From positions 1-64,000 of the forward strand of contig CAVSQW010000001.1 in assembly GCA_963730185.1 (NCBI GenBank): DNA of 64,000 nucleotides. Direction: 5' to 3'. This document shows positions 37,112 to 47,053 of this stretch, in pieces. The notes below the pieces were generated by a model. That model was not told where the DNA came from. It ran no database searches and worked only from the letters and a program-made list of their open reading frames with translations. Within the stretch, counting starts at the first letter, position 1, and each line of letters starts with the position of its first letter. The stretch comes from an uncultured Gemmatimonadales bacterium. GTDB taxonomy: Bacteria > Gemmatimonadota > Gemmatimonadetes > Gemmatimonadales > GWC2-71-9. The translations under genes and the position numbers were made by a program.

Positions 37112-39415
37112 ATGCCCACCAACACCGCGGAGGCGTTGCCGCTGGTCGGGATTCTCGTCCAGCTCGGCACCTCGCTCCTGCTCACGGCCTTGGTGCTGAG
37201 CCTCCGGCGGGAGGCTCGCCGCCACGACTATTTCCGGCTCTGGACCTGGGCCTGGGTGGCGCTCACCGCGGCCATCGCCTTGGTGTCCCTTCGCTACAAC
37301 GTGGTGCCGTTCCTGTCTCCGTCCGCCCTCCGAGGCAACGGCCGCCCGCTCTACCTGACGCTGCACGCCCTGTACCAGTTCGGGAAGCTCCTCTTCGCGA
37401 CCCTGGTGCTGTTGGGGACCCTCCGATACGCGCGGAACCGGTCGCTGCCGGCGGCCTGGGCGCTGCCGGTGTACCTGGCCGTGTTCGTGTATGCCGTCTT
37501 GAGCGCGGTCCTGAGCCCGAACCTCACCGTCGTGGTGGCCTGGCAGGCGCTGATCGTCGCGCCGCTGTTCGGGGTGAGCGCCTGGCTCCTGGCCTCGGCC
37601 CCGGACGACCGCCGGGGGCTCGGCACCCGGGTGCTTACCATCACCTTGGCCCTCTCGGCGGTGCTCTGGGCGGTGTACTTCGTCGCCTTCGGCGCGGCCG
37701 GGTTGGGAGTCCAGACCTCCTGGTCGGACGTGATCTCGGTGCTGACCGGCTACAACTCCTACTTCGACGCCGTGCTCGCGTTCGTGCTGGGGTTGGGCAT
37801 GGTGGTGACGGTGGTGCAGCACGGCTACGAGGAAGCCGACGCTGCCCGCCGGGCCCAGCTGGCCGAGACTCGCGAGGCGGGCCAGCGACTGGCTGAGATC
37901 CTCCAGGCTGCCCACGAAGGCATTGTCACCATCGACGCCGACCGCACCGTCATGGTGATGAACCCCGCCGCCGAGTCGATCCTCGGTACCTCCGTCCCGG
38001 AAGCCATCGGCCGGTCGTTCGACCGGTTCCTCCTTCCGGAGCAACGCCGGGCCTTCTGGGACGGGCTGGCCGTGACCACCCGTCGGTCCGAGGCTCACCC
38101 CCCGATGGCCCTCCGTCGCGAGGCGACGGGCGTCCGGGGCGACGGGGGCGTCTTCCCGATGGAGCTCGCGATCTCGACTTTCGACGGCAGCGCCCGCCAC
38201 GGCTACGTGCTGGTGCTTCGTGACCTGACCCAGCGGGAGCGGGAGCGGGAAGAGCGGGAACGGCTCCAGCAGCAGGTCGCCCAGGCGGCTCGACTCGAGG
38301 CCGTGGGGCGGATGGTGTCGGGGGTCGCGCATGAGCTCAACAACCCGCTCACCGCGATCACGGCGTTTGCCCAGGATCTCCTGCTCGAGCCCCGCAACGA
38401 CGCTGATCGCGAGGCGCTGACCGTGGTTGTGCAACAGGCCCAGCGGTGCCGGGTCATCGTCGGTGACCTTCTCATCTTCGCGCGGAACCGTCGGGACGAA
38501 CGCCGCCGGCTGGCGCCGAGCGACATGGTCGCCCGGGTGCTCCGGGTGTTCGAGCGGGATTCGAGCCGGAACGGCGTGATCCTCGACGTCGATGTGGGAC
38601 GGGACCTTCCCCCGGCCGACGTCGATCCGGTCGGGATCGAACAGGTGCTCACCAACCTGCTGACCAACGCGTTCCAAGCCACGCCGCGGGGCGGCCGGGT
38701 TTCGCTCCGGGCCCGGGCCCGCGGCGAACTGCTCGAGTTCGTGGTCGAGGACTCGGGCCTGGGGATCCCCGCCGACGCGATGCCCCGCCTCTTCGAACCG
38801 TTTTTCACCACCAAAGAGCTGGGGCAAGGAACCGGGCTCGGACTCTCGGTCTCGCACACCATTGTGCAGCAGCACGGGGGAGAGATCCGGGTCGAGAACG
38901 TCGAGGGAGCGCGCACCGGGGCGCGCTTTTCCGTAAGCCTTCCCTTCGTGGACCGGCGGGCCACCCCCCGATCGGCGACCGGTGAGACCGAGCCGACCCC
39001 GGCGCCCGCGGTCGAGTCGGTCCCCCGCCGGGTGCTCGTCGTGGATGACGAAGAGGCGATCCGGTCCGCGATGCGGCGCTCGCTGGAGCGCCGGGGGTGG
39101 ACCGTCGACGAAGCGGCCGACGGTGGAGAAGCCTTGCTCCGACTCGAGGTCGGTGGGCGGGCGGTCCCCTACGACGCGGTGGTGACCGATCTCCGGATGC
39201 CGGGGATGTCCGGGATCGAGTTGTGTCGCGAACTCGCTGAGCGGCATTCCGAGGTTCTGGAGCGCACCATCGTCATCACCGGCGACACCGCGTCGCCTAC
39301 CGTGGCCGAGTTCCTGGGCCGCACCGATCGACCCTTCCTCCAGAAGCCGTTCGACATGCGGGCTCTGGTGGAGCTGATCGAACGGGTGGCCACCGCCAAG
39401 GCAGGTGACGCGTGA
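37112..39415 (+). CDS. Hybrid sensor histidine kinase (7TM-PAS-HisKA-HATPase-REC)
   Basis: About seven N-terminal TM helices, PAS, AHELNNPL, FEPFFTTK, GTGLGL, VLVVDD, TDLRMP, KPF. Confidence 0.92.
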   Translation: MPTNTAEALPLVGILVQLGTSLLLTALVLSLRREARRHDYFRLWTWAWVALTAAIALVSLRYNVVPFLSPSALRGNGRPLYLTLHALYQFGKLLFATLVLLGTLRYARNRSLPAAWALPVYLAVFVYAVLSAVLSPNLTVVVAWQALIVAPLFGVSAWLLASAPDDRRGLGTRVLTITLALSAVLWAVYFVAFGAAGLGVQTSWSDVISVLTGYNSYFDAVLAFVLGLGMVVTVVQHGYEEADAARRAQLAETREAGQRLAEILQAAHEGIVTIDADRTVMVMNPAAESILGTSVPEAIGRSFDRFLLPEQRRAFWDGLAVTTRRSEAHPPMALRREATGVRGDGGVFPMELAISTFDGSARHGYVLVLRDLTQREREREERERLQQQVAQAARLEAVGRMVSGVAHELNNPLTAITAFAQDLLLEPRNDADREALTVVVQQAQRCRVIVGDLLIFARNRRDERRRLAPSDMVARVLRVFERDSSRNGVILDVDVGRDLPPADVDPVGIEQVLTNLLTNAFQATPRGGRVSLRARARGELLEFVVEDSGLGIPADAMPRLFEPFFTTKELGQGTGLGLSVSHTIVQQHGGEIRVENVEGARTGARFSVSLPFVDRRATPRSATGETEPTPAPAVESVPRRVLVVDDEEAIRSAMRRSLERRGWTVDEAADGGEALLRLEVGGRAVPYDAVVTDLRMPGMSGIELCRELAERHSEVLERTIVITGDTASPTVAEFLGRTDRPFLQKPFDMRALVELIERVATAKAGDA

Positions 39416-40170
39416 CCGCGCTCGGATTCTCCCTGGCCCTGGTGATCGGCCTTTCGCTCGGGCTTCTGGGTGGCGGCGGCTCGATCCTGACGGTACCGGT
39501 GCTGGTCTACATCCTCCAGCTCTCCATGAAGCAGGCCGTTCCGATGAGCTTGGCGGTGGTCGGGACCACCAGCCTGTTCGGGGCCGTCAGCCATCATCGG
39601 GCTCACAACATCCGGTGGGATGCCGCGCTCGGCTTCGGGCCGGCGGCGATGGTCGGCGCTTTTCTCGGCGGCAAGGTCGGCCTGGCGGTATCGAGCCGTC
39701 TGCAGCTCACGATCTTTGCGATTCTGATGCTGGCGGCGGCGGTGTCGATGTACTTCGGCCCGGCGCTCTGGTCCGGTGAGGCTGCCGACGGCGAGGAGAC
39801 GCCCCGCCGGCGTCCGCTTCCCCTGATCGCGGCCCTGGGCGCCACCGTCGGATTGATTACCGGCCTGGTCGGGATCGGCGGTGGCTTTCTCTACGTCCCG
39901 GCTCTCGTCCTCCTCGGCGGAGTGACGATGCGCCAAGCCGTCGGGACCTCGCTCGTCCTGATCATCCTGAGCTGCGCCGCCGGGTTGGCGAGCTATCTCG
40001 GGCAGGTCGCCATCCCCTGGGCGGAGACGGCCGGCTTCACCGCCCTCGCGATCGTGGGCGTCCTCGTGGGAAGTGCGTTGGTCCGGCGGGTTTCCCAGCG
40101 AGCGCTGCGGCGCACCTTCGCCTTGATGTTGGTGGTCATGGGCGTGCTCGTGCTGTTCAAGCCACGGTGA
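39412..40170 (+). CDS. Sulfite exporter TauE/SafE family protein
   Basis: GLLGGGGSILTVP, GLVGIGGGFLYVP, AVGTSL. Confidence 0.9.
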   Translation: MTALGFSLALVIGLSLGLLGGGGSILTVPVLVYILQLSMKQAVPMSLAVVGTTSLFGAVSHHRAHNIRWDAALGFGPAAMVGAFLGGKVGLAVSSRLQLTIFAILMLAAAVSMYFGPALWSGEAADGEETPRRRPLPLIAALGATVGLITGLVGIGGGFLYVPALVLLGGVTMRQAVGTSLVLIILSCAAGLASYLGQVAIPWAETAGFTALAIVGVLVGSALVRRVSQRALRRTFALMLVVMGVLVLFKPR

Positions 40171-40181
40171 GGGGAGGAGTC

Positions 40182-41603
40182 ATGTATTTCGAGCGGTTCT
40201 ACGACCAGCGCCTGGCCCAGGCGAGCTACCTGATCGGCTGCGCGGCAACGGGCGAAGCGCTGGTCGTCGATCCCGCCCGCCTGGTCGACCCGTATCTGGC
40301 GGCGGCGGAGGCCGAAGGCCTTCGGATCACGGCGGTCACGGAGACCCACATCCACGCCGACTTCATGTCCGGGCTCCGCGAGCTCGCGGCCAGAACCGGC
40401 GCCCGGGCCTACGTGAGCGGCTGCGGTCCGGCCGATTGGCAGTACGAGTTCCGGCGCGACCCGGGCGTCGAGGTCCTCGCCGATCGCCAGGTGATCCGGA
40501 TCGGGAACATCGCGGTCGAAGCGGTCCACACGCCGGGCCACACGCCGGAGCACCTCTCGTTCCTGGTGACCGACGGGGCCGTCGCGGCCGATCCCATGGG
40601 CATCGTTACCGGTGACTTCGTCTTCGTGGGCGACGTCGGCCGGCCCGACCTGCTCGAGAAGGCCGCCCACGTCGCGGATACGAGTGATGCCGCGGCTCGC
40701 GACCTGTTCCGGAGCCTCCAATGGTTCCGGACGCTGCCGGACCACCTTCAGATCTGGCCGGGTCACGGAGCGGGGTCCGCCTGCGGGAAAGGACTCGGAG
40801 CCGTACCCCAGTCCACCGTCGGCTACGAGCGGCGCTACAACTGGGCTCTGAGCATCGATGACGTGGAGCGATTCGTGGCCCAGGTGCTCGCGGGCCAGCC
40901 GGAGCCGCCCCGCTACTTCGGGGTAATGAAGCGTATCAATCGCGAGGGGCCGCCCGTGCTCGGTAACCTTCCCCGGCCCGAACGGGTCGCCGCCGACCGG
41001 GTCGGCGCCCTGATCCGGGACGGAGCGGTGGTGGTCGACACTCGACCGACGGCCGAATTCGCGGCCGCCTTCATTCCCGGCTCGCTCAACGTCCCCTTCT
41101 CCCGAAGCTTCACGACCTACGCGGGCTCGATTCTGCCGTTCGATCGCGACCTCCACGTCCTCTTGGCGGACCCGCATCCCGAGGTCCTCGAGCGGGTGGT
41201 CGGCGCGTTGGTGTCGATCGGCCTCGACCGGGTCTCCGGGTACCTCGGTCCGGAGGCCATGGATCACTGGCCCATCAGCGAAGGCGAGCTGGCCACCATT
41301 CCCCAATGCCCGGCCGCCGACCTGGCCGCCCGCGGTCCCAACGGTCACCAGATCCTGGATGTCCGGAACCTGTCCGAATGGGAGACCGGCCACGTCCCCG
41401 GTGCCCGGCTTATTCCGCTGGCCGAGCTCGTTGACCGGATCGGCGAGCTCGGCCCCGGCCGTCCCCTGATGGTCATGTGCCAAACGGGATCCCGGTCGGC
41501 CATTGCCGCCAGCCTCCTCCGGTCGAGAGGTCATCGGGACGTCACCAACGTCGTCGGCGGGTACGTGACTTGGGTAGCCGCTGGAGGCGTCGCCGAACGG
41601 TAG
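40182..41603 (+). CDS. MBL-fold persulfide dioxygenase-like hydrolase fused to two rhodanese domains
   Basis: ETHIHADF, TPGHTPEH, GDVGRPDL, PGHGAGSACG, C-terminal CQTGSRS. Confidence 0.9.
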   Translation: MYFERFYDQRLAQASYLIGCAATGEALVVDPARLVDPYLAAAEAEGLRITAVTETHIHADFMSGLRELAARTGARAYVSGCGPADWQYEFRRDPGVEVLADRQVIRIGNIAVEAVHTPGHTPEHLSFLVTDGAVAADPMGIVTGDFVFVGDVGRPDLLEKAAHVADTSDAAARDLFRSLQWFRTLPDHLQIWPGHGAGSACGKGLGAVPQSTVGYERRYNWALSIDDVERFVAQVLAGQPEPPRYFGVMKRINREGPPVLGNLPRPERVAADRVGALIRDGAVVVDTRPTAEFAAAFIPGSLNVPFSRSFTTYAGSILPFDRDLHVLLADPHPEVLERVVGALVSIGLDRVSGYLGPEAMDHWPISEGELATIPQCPAADLAARGPNGHQILDVRNLSEWETGHVPGARLIPLAELVDRIGELGPGRPLMVMCQTGSRSAIAASLLRSRGHRDVTNVVGGYVTWVAAGGVAER

Positions 41604-41682
41604 TCGCCCAGCTCGGCAAGTCATTTTGACGCACCCGGCCACGGTTTTCGACTGTGGCTGTGCCTTTTTGGCCTACTTCAAC

Positions 41683-41698
41683 GGGTACGGAGGCTGCT
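41683..41698 (+). promoter_or_regulatory. Possible sigma54 promoter of hsp20
   Basis: GGGTACGGAGGCTGCT with GG-N10-GC spacing. GTCATTTTGAC palindrome about 55 bp upstream. Confidence 0.4.
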
Positions 41699-41773
41699 CT
41701 CTGGCGCTGGCAGAGCCGGGGTCGCGGTGACCACGGCAAGCCATCAGAGAACTCGAAGACTTGGGAGGAAGCC

Positions 41774-42220
41774 ATGTTGGTGCGTTGGACGAATGCCGAG
41801 CCGACTCAGCGGACGATCGATGGGTGGGGGCGTCTCAATCGGATGTTCGACGACACGTTCGGCCTGCCGGCCGCGGGGTCCCACACCAGGGCCTGGGTAC
41901 CGGCGGTGGACGTGGCCGAAGACGAAAAGTCGTACACCTTGGCGCTGGAGCTGCCGGGGGTGAAGCCCTCGGACGTGTCGATTCAGATCGACGGGAAGCG
42001 CCTCCTGATCCAGGGTGAGAAGAAGCAGCAGCTCGAGGAGAAGACCGATCGGGTGCACCGCTTCGAGCGGACCTTCGGCAGCTTCCAGCGAGTGTTCATC
42101 CTCCCCGACACCGTGGACGTCGAGCGGATCGACGCCTCCGCGAACGACGGGGTGCTGACGATCAGCCTGCCCAAGACGGAGCGGGCCAAGGCCCGGGAGA
42201 TCCCGATCCGGGCCTCCTGA
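41774..42220 (+). CDS. Hsp20/alpha-crystallin small heat-shock protein
   Basis: PAVDVAE, ELPGV, ERTFGSFQR, DGVLTISLPK, IPI. GGGAGG RBS. Confidence 0.93.
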   Translation: MLVRWTNAEPTQRTIDGWGRLNRMFDDTFGLPAAGSHTRAWVPAVDVAEDEKSYTLALELPGVKPSDVSIQIDGKRLLIQGEKKQQLEEKTDRVHRFERTFGSFQRVFILPDTVDVERIDASANDGVLTISLPKTERAKAREIPIRAS

Positions 42221-42240
42221 TCCGGCTCGGGACGCCGACG

Positions 42241-42273
42241 AAAAGGCCGACGCGAGGGCGCGTCGGCCTTTTT
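42241..42273. terminator. Bidirectional intrinsic terminator
   Basis: AAAAGGCCGACGCG-loop-CGCGTCGGCCTTTTT between convergent genes. Confidence 0.88.
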
Positions 42274-42299
42274 CGTTGGGTCCGGCCGTCGGGGCCGGC

Positions 42300-42707
42300 T
42301 CAGAACAGGAAGCGGAGCAGCCGGAATCCCCAATCGAGGGTCGCGACCGCAATGGGGAGGAGCGCCAAGCCGACCGAGAACATGAGGCCCTGTCGGAAGA
42401 GAAACGGCCCCACGAGTGGTGGGTCGTCCCGCCAGGCCACTTTGCAGCCCCAGTCGATCAACGCTCCGACCGTGTAGCACACGTTGGCCAAGATCCCGAA
42501 CACGATGACCGCGCCGAGCGGGACTCCGGAGCCGTGGGATCCGGGCGGCAGGACGGCGAAGGCCTCGACCACGCCCAAGCTGAACAGGCCGGCCCCGCCG
42601 ACGATGAGGTTGTAGCGAAGCCGACGCCGCTCCCACCAGCGTACCACCGCGAGTGGGGAGGTGGAAGCCTCCGGCAGGGGGTACAGGAATCGGTCGAGTT
42701 GAGCCAA
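42300..42707 (-). CDS. Hypothetical membrane protein
   Basis: WWERRRLRYNL, ANVCYT, three TM segments. TTG start. Confidence 0.7.
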   Translation of the reverse strand: MAQLDRFLYPLPEASTSPLAVVRWWERRRLRYNLIVGGAGLFSLGVVEAFAVLPPGSHGSGVPLGAVIVFGILANVCYTVGALIDWGCKVAWRDDPPLVGPFLFRQGLMFSVGLALLPIAVATLDWGFRLLRFLF

Positions 42708-42736
42708 GGTCGCCTCTGGGAAGACCTGTTTCCTTA

Positions 42737-42784
42737 GGATACTCCTCGGCCCTCAGGCCGTCAAGTACTTTGCGACGACAAGTA
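42737..42784 (-). promoter_or_regulatory. Sigma70-type promoter with an adjacent palindrome
   Basis: TTGACG-17 bp-TATCCT on the minus strand. TACTT-N9-AAGTA palindrome (42766-42784) abuts the -35. Confidence 0.5.
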
Positions 42785-42846
42785 TGAATCTGATCAGGTT
42801 CCGGCCGCCAGGACGAACGCCATCGTGGGGTCGCCGCTGGGGTCGC

Positions 42847-44904
42847 TTACGGGATCGGCTTGTCCTTGGTGCGGTACTTCTCGAACCATTGTTGCCGCAG
42901 CGACAACACCCGCATGGTGTTGGACGGGCGGTTGAAGTAGGCGTGCCACTCGTCGGCGAGACGCACCATCACGGTCGGGACTTTGAGGATCTTGAGGGCC
43001 TGGTAGTACTCCTCGGTCTGCGCGATCGGCGTCCGGAGGTCCTTCTCACCGGTGATCAGCATGGTCGGCGTCTTGACGTGGCCGACGTACATCAGCGGCG
43101 AGCGCCGGAGGTGCTCCGACGGATCGTCCCAGGGAAGCTTGGCGAAATTCCGGTACCAGCCGGCCCCATCGGTGGTGCCCACAAACGAGAGCCAGTCGAT
43201 GACCGGGCACTCCGAGGAGGCTGCCGCGAACCGATCGGTGTGGCCGACGGTCCAGGCGGTGAGCACCCCGCCACCGCTGCAGCCGTAGACGAACATGTTC
43301 TTGGGGTCGACGTATCCGCGGCCGATCACGGTGTCGACGCCCGCCATCAGGTCGTCGAAGTCCTTGCCCGGGTAGGCGTTTTTGATCGCGTTCCCGAAGG
43401 CGCTCCCGTATCCGGAGCTGCCCCGCGGGTTGGTGTAGAGCACCACGTAGCCCTGGTCGGCGTAATACTGCCACTCGAACCACATGTAGAAGGTGGCGAC
43501 CGAGAACATCCCGTGGGGGCCGCCGTGGATCGAGAGGATCAAGGGATACTTCTTCCGGGGGTCGAAGTCGGGCGGCTTGATCACCCACCCTTGAATCTTG
43601 AGTCCGTCGGCGGAGGGATAGGTGATCTCCTCGGTCGTGCCCAGCGCCTTGCCGGCCAGGAGGTCGGCGTTGAGCTCGGTGAGCTGGGTGATCCGGCCCG
43701 TCTTGGGGTCGACCGTCACCACGTCGCCGGGATCGGTGGGGGTGGCCCGGACCCCGACGGCGACCCCATTGGCCGACAGGCCCATCACCGTGAGGTAGTG
43801 GTCTCCCCGGGTCACCTGGTGGACCTGACCGCCGAGCGTCGCGAAGAAGAGATCGCTCCGGCCTCCGTGGTCGGCGCTGAAGTAGACGCCGCTGCCGTCG
43901 GGCGCCCAGAGCAGGTTCTCCGGCGACCGATCGAGGCCGCCCGAAATCGCTTTTGGTCCCGAACCGTCGAGGCCCATCACGTAGAGCTGGTTGGCGAGGT
44001 AGGTGTCGTCGGTCCAGTCGTAGCCCAGGTATGCCACCTGCTTCCCGTCGGGCGAGACCACCGGGTCGAAGTCGGGGCCGTGACGCCGGGTCAGCTGCCG
44101 GACCGCCCCGCTCTGGACGTTCACCGCGTAGATCTCAGATTCCCGCCACTGATAGACGGCATCCGGCACCCGGAGGCTCGAGAAGAGGAGCTCGCGGCCG
44201 TCCGCACTCCAGGCCGGCGCCCCCGCGTTCCAGTCGCCGGTGGTGATCTGTCGGGGAGTGCCGCCGGTGGCCGGCACCACGAAGAGCTGGGTGTAACCGT
44301 CGTCGACGTAGCCGACGTGATCCTGGCGATAGTCGAGCCGGTCCACGATCTTGGGCTCCGCCACCCAGTCGGCGCCGGCCGGCCGGCCGGGGAGCTTGGC
44401 GCTCATCGGGGGAGCCGAAGGAACCCGCATGGTGAACGCGATGGACCGCCCGTCGGGCGACCAGGCCAGTGACCCCGGACCCCGCTCCCCGCGGGTGATC
44501 TGAGTCACGGCGCCCTCGTCGTCCATCCAGCGCACGAAGATCTGGCCACCGCTTGGCTCCCCTTTCGCGACGTAGGCGATTCGGGTGCCGTCGGGGGACC
44601 AGGCCGCGCTCCAGGCGTCGGCCAGCCATCGGTTCCGGGTGCCGTCGGCGTTCATCAGCCAGAGGGCGCCCGTCCACTCGTCGTGCATCTTGTCGACGCT
44701 GATCCGGGTGTAGACGATCCGGCGGCCGTCGGGTGAGACCACCGGCCCGCCACCTCGGAAGAAGTCGCGCGGCACCTCGTACTCCAGGAAATCGGCCAAG
44801 CCGAGCCGATCGGTGGCCGCGGGGGGGGACTGGCCGTGGGCGGGGGCGGTGACCAGTCCGAGGAGCACGGCGGCGAGACCGATCCGGGTCGAGCGGGGCA
44901 TCAT
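42847..44904 (-). CDS. Secreted S9 family peptidase (dipeptidyl/acylaminoacyl peptidase)
   Basis: Signal peptide, WSPDG propeller repeats, IHGGPH, NPRGSSGYG, GCSGGG, DLRTP, WH. Confidence 0.92.
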   Translation of the reverse strand: MMPRSTRIGLAAVLLGLVTAPAHGQSPPAATDRLGLADFLEYEVPRDFFRGGGPVVSPDGRRIVYTRISVDKMHDEWTGALWLMNADGTRNRWLADAWSAAWSPDGTRIAYVAKGEPSGGQIFVRWMDDEGAVTQITRGERGPGSLAWSPDGRSIAFTMRVPSAPPMSAKLPGRPAGADWVAEPKIVDRLDYRQDHVGYVDDGYTQLFVVPATGGTPRQITTGDWNAGAPAWSADGRELLFSSLRVPDAVYQWRESEIYAVNVQSGAVRQLTRRHGPDFDPVVSPDGKQVAYLGYDWTDDTYLANQLYVMGLDGSGPKAISGGLDRSPENLLWAPDGSGVYFSADHGGRSDLFFATLGGQVHQVTRGDHYLTVMGLSANGVAVGVRATPTDPGDVVTVDPKTGRITQLTELNADLLAGKALGTTEEITYPSADGLKIQGWVIKPPDFDPRKKYPLILSIHGGPHGMFSVATFYMWFEWQYYADQGYVVLYTNPRGSSGYGSAFGNAIKNAYPGKDFDDLMAGVDTVIGRGYVDPKNMFVYGCSGGGVLTAWTVGHTDRFAAASSECPVIDWLSFVGTTDGAGWYRNFAKLPWDDPSEHLRRSPLMYVGHVKTPTMLITGEKDLRTPIAQTEEYYQALKILKVPTVMVRLADEWHAYFNRPSNTMRVLSLRQQWFEKYRTKDKPIP

Positions 44905-44925
44905 GGGACCCTCTGGCGTTCGGGT

Positions 44926-44949
44926 TTCGTATCCAATATTGTATGCGAA
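44926..44949. promoter_or_regulatory. 24-bp imperfect palindrome between divergent hydrolase genes
   Basis: TTCGTATCCAAT/ATTGTATGCGAA, 10 of 12 positions symmetric. Confidence 0.5.
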
Positions 44950-45025
44950 TCTGGTGGGGCCGCCACTGTCGCCTGGCCGGCTGCCGGATTTCACTCGTTC
45001 GTCACTCCTGGCAAGGATGTGTGTT

Positions 45026-46555
45026 ATGAGACGTCGGTCCTGGCTGTTCGCTTCGACGCTCGCCCTCGTCGCCGTCGCCGCTCCCAGGCTAGGCCTGGCA
45101 CAGCGGCGCGGTGCCACCCCCGATCTTTCCAGCATCGACCCCGTCGTCACTTCGATGATGGCGGAATGGCACGTACCCGGCCTGGCATTGGGTGTCATCA
45201 AGGACGGGAAGGTCATCTACGCCAAAGGCTACGGCTATCGCGACGTGGAGCAGAAGCTCCCGGTGACCCCGCGGACGCTGATGGCGATCGGCTCGAACAG
45301 CAAGTCGTTCACCACGGTCATCCTGGGGATGCTGATCGACCAGAAGAAGCTGGCCTGGGACACCCCGGTGATCAGCTACCTGCCCGACTTCAAGCTGATG
45401 GACGACTACGCCACCAAGCACATGACGCCCCGCGATCTGGTGTCGCACCGCTCGGGGCTGCCCCGTCACGACCTGCTCTGGTACGGACGGCACTTCACCC
45501 GGAAGGAGCTCTACGACCGGCTCCGCTACCTCGAGCCGAGCGCCTCGTTCCGGGCCATCTGGCAGTATCAGAACCTGATGTTCATGACAGCCGGCTATCT
45601 CGAGGAGCAGCTCACCGGCCGGTCCTGGGACGATCTCGTGAAGAGCTGGATCTTCACGCCCCTCGGCATGACCCGGTCGCTGACGTCGATCAACGGGATG
45701 ACCAACGCCGACGACTTCGCCCGGGCCTACGGGTACAGCGACTCGGCCGTGGTCCGGATCCCCTACCGGAACATCGATCAGGTCGGGCCGGCCGGGTCGA
45801 TCAACTCGAGCGTGGAGGACATGCTCAAGTACGTGCAGTTCCGGCTCGATCTCGGGGAAGCGGGCGGCCACCAGCTGCTCTCCCAGACCGAGGCCCGGGA
45901 GATGCAGAAGCCGCAGATGGTGATCGGGGCCGCGGCCGATGCGCTCTGGGGCGGCTTCGACATGATCGACTACGGTCTTGGCGTGGCTACCGGCGTCTAT
46001 CGCGGTCATCACGCCGTGATCCACGGCGGTGGGATCGACGGGTTCATCTCTCAGATGTCCTGGCTGCCGGACGATCACATCGGTCTGGTGGTGCTCTCCA
46101 ATCAGGGCGCCAACAATCCGATCCCGACGCTGATCGCCAAGGCGTTGTACGACCGGGTGCTCGGTCTCACTCCGATCGACTGGGCCGCCCGGCAGCGGGA
46201 GATGGATCAGGCCAACGCCAAGCGGGCCGCGGCCCAGAAGGCCAAGCTTGCGGCCGAGCGGAAGCCCGGCACGTCGCCCAGCCACCCGCTGGCCGATTAC
46301 GCGGGTTCCTACGTCAATCAGGGTTACGGTACTTTGGTGATCCGCCTGACGGACGGCCATCTCGAGGCCCAGCTCGATGACGTCGGCGGGAGGTTGGAGC
46401 ACTATCACTACGACGTCTTCCAGCTGACCGGCACGGATGGCGGCCCCTCGCTCAGCGGCCTGGCCGAGTTCCGAACCAACACCCGGGGCGAGGTCGCCGA
46501 GATCGCCGTGCCGCTGGAGCCAAGCGTCGCGCCGATCGTCTTCGTCAAGCAGTAG
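45026..46555 (+). CDS. Secreted serine hydrolase, beta-lactamase/S12 family with C-terminal DUF3471-like domain
   Basis: GSNSK (SxxK), HRSGL, YQN (YxN), HGGGIDG, YAGSY. Confidence 0.9.
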   Translation: MRRRSWLFASTLALVAVAAPRLGLAQRRGATPDLSSIDPVVTSMMAEWHVPGLALGVIKDGKVIYAKGYGYRDVEQKLPVTPRTLMAIGSNSKSFTTVILGMLIDQKKLAWDTPVISYLPDFKLMDDYATKHMTPRDLVSHRSGLPRHDLLWYGRHFTRKELYDRLRYLEPSASFRAIWQYQNLMFMTAGYLEEQLTGRSWDDLVKSWIFTPLGMTRSLTSINGMTNADDFARAYGYSDSAVVRIPYRNIDQVGPAGSINSSVEDMLKYVQFRLDLGEAGGHQLLSQTEAREMQKPQMVIGAAADALWGGFDMIDYGLGVATGVYRGHHAVIHGGGIDGFISQMSWLPDDHIGLVVLSNQGANNPIPTLIAKALYDRVLGLTPIDWAARQREMDQANAKRAAAQKAKLAAERKPGTSPSHPLADYAGSYVNQGYGTLVIRLTDGHLEAQLDDVGGRLEHYHYDVFQLTGTDGGPSLSGLAEFRTNTRGEVAEIAVPLEPSVAPIVFVKQ

Positions 46556-46628
46556 CCGCCGCCGCTCGGGGGCCGGTCGGTTTACTTTTCGGGAAAGCCA
46601 ACTCTCTCTCGCCAACAGGAGGATCGAC

Positions 46629-46895
46629 ATGGCCACCCGAACCCGGAAGACGACCAAGGCCGTCGCCAAGCGCGCCAAGAAGGCGGTGGGCAAGGCCCGA
46701 AAGACCACCCGCAAGCTCGCCAAGTCCGCGCGAACGCGGGCGGGCAAGGCAGTGAAGAAGACCAAGGCCGCCGCCCGCAAGGTCGCCAAGAAGGTCAAGA
46801 GCTCTCGCAAGGCCAAGGTGGCCTTGGCGGCCACCGGAGTCGCCGCGGTGGCCGTTGCGGGTCTGGCGGCGCGGCGCGCTCGCAGGGGCAAGTAG
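46629..46895 (+). CDS. Lys/Ala/Arg-rich histone H1-like protein with a C-terminal hydrophobic anchor
   Basis: 88 aa with no Asp/Glu, AGGAGG RBS, biased AAG/GCC codon use, C-terminal VALAATGVAAVAVAGLAA-RRARRGK. Confidence 0.8.
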   Translation: MATRTRKTTKAVAKRAKKAVGKARKTTRKLAKSARTRAGKAVKKTKAAARKVAKKVKSSRKAKVALAATGVAAVAVAGLAARRARRGK

Positions 46896-47053
46896 CGGCT
46901 TTGGGGGAGCGGGCCGAGCCCGGCTCGCTCCGTCCCGAAGCGCCCATCCCCCCACTCCCCCAAACGGTCACCGTCGCGCGTCTCCGCCCCCCGTCGCCAT
47001 CGGCGGGTCGGGGGCGTACATTCGGGAAGACGGTCAATCGGCAGGGAGAGGCG

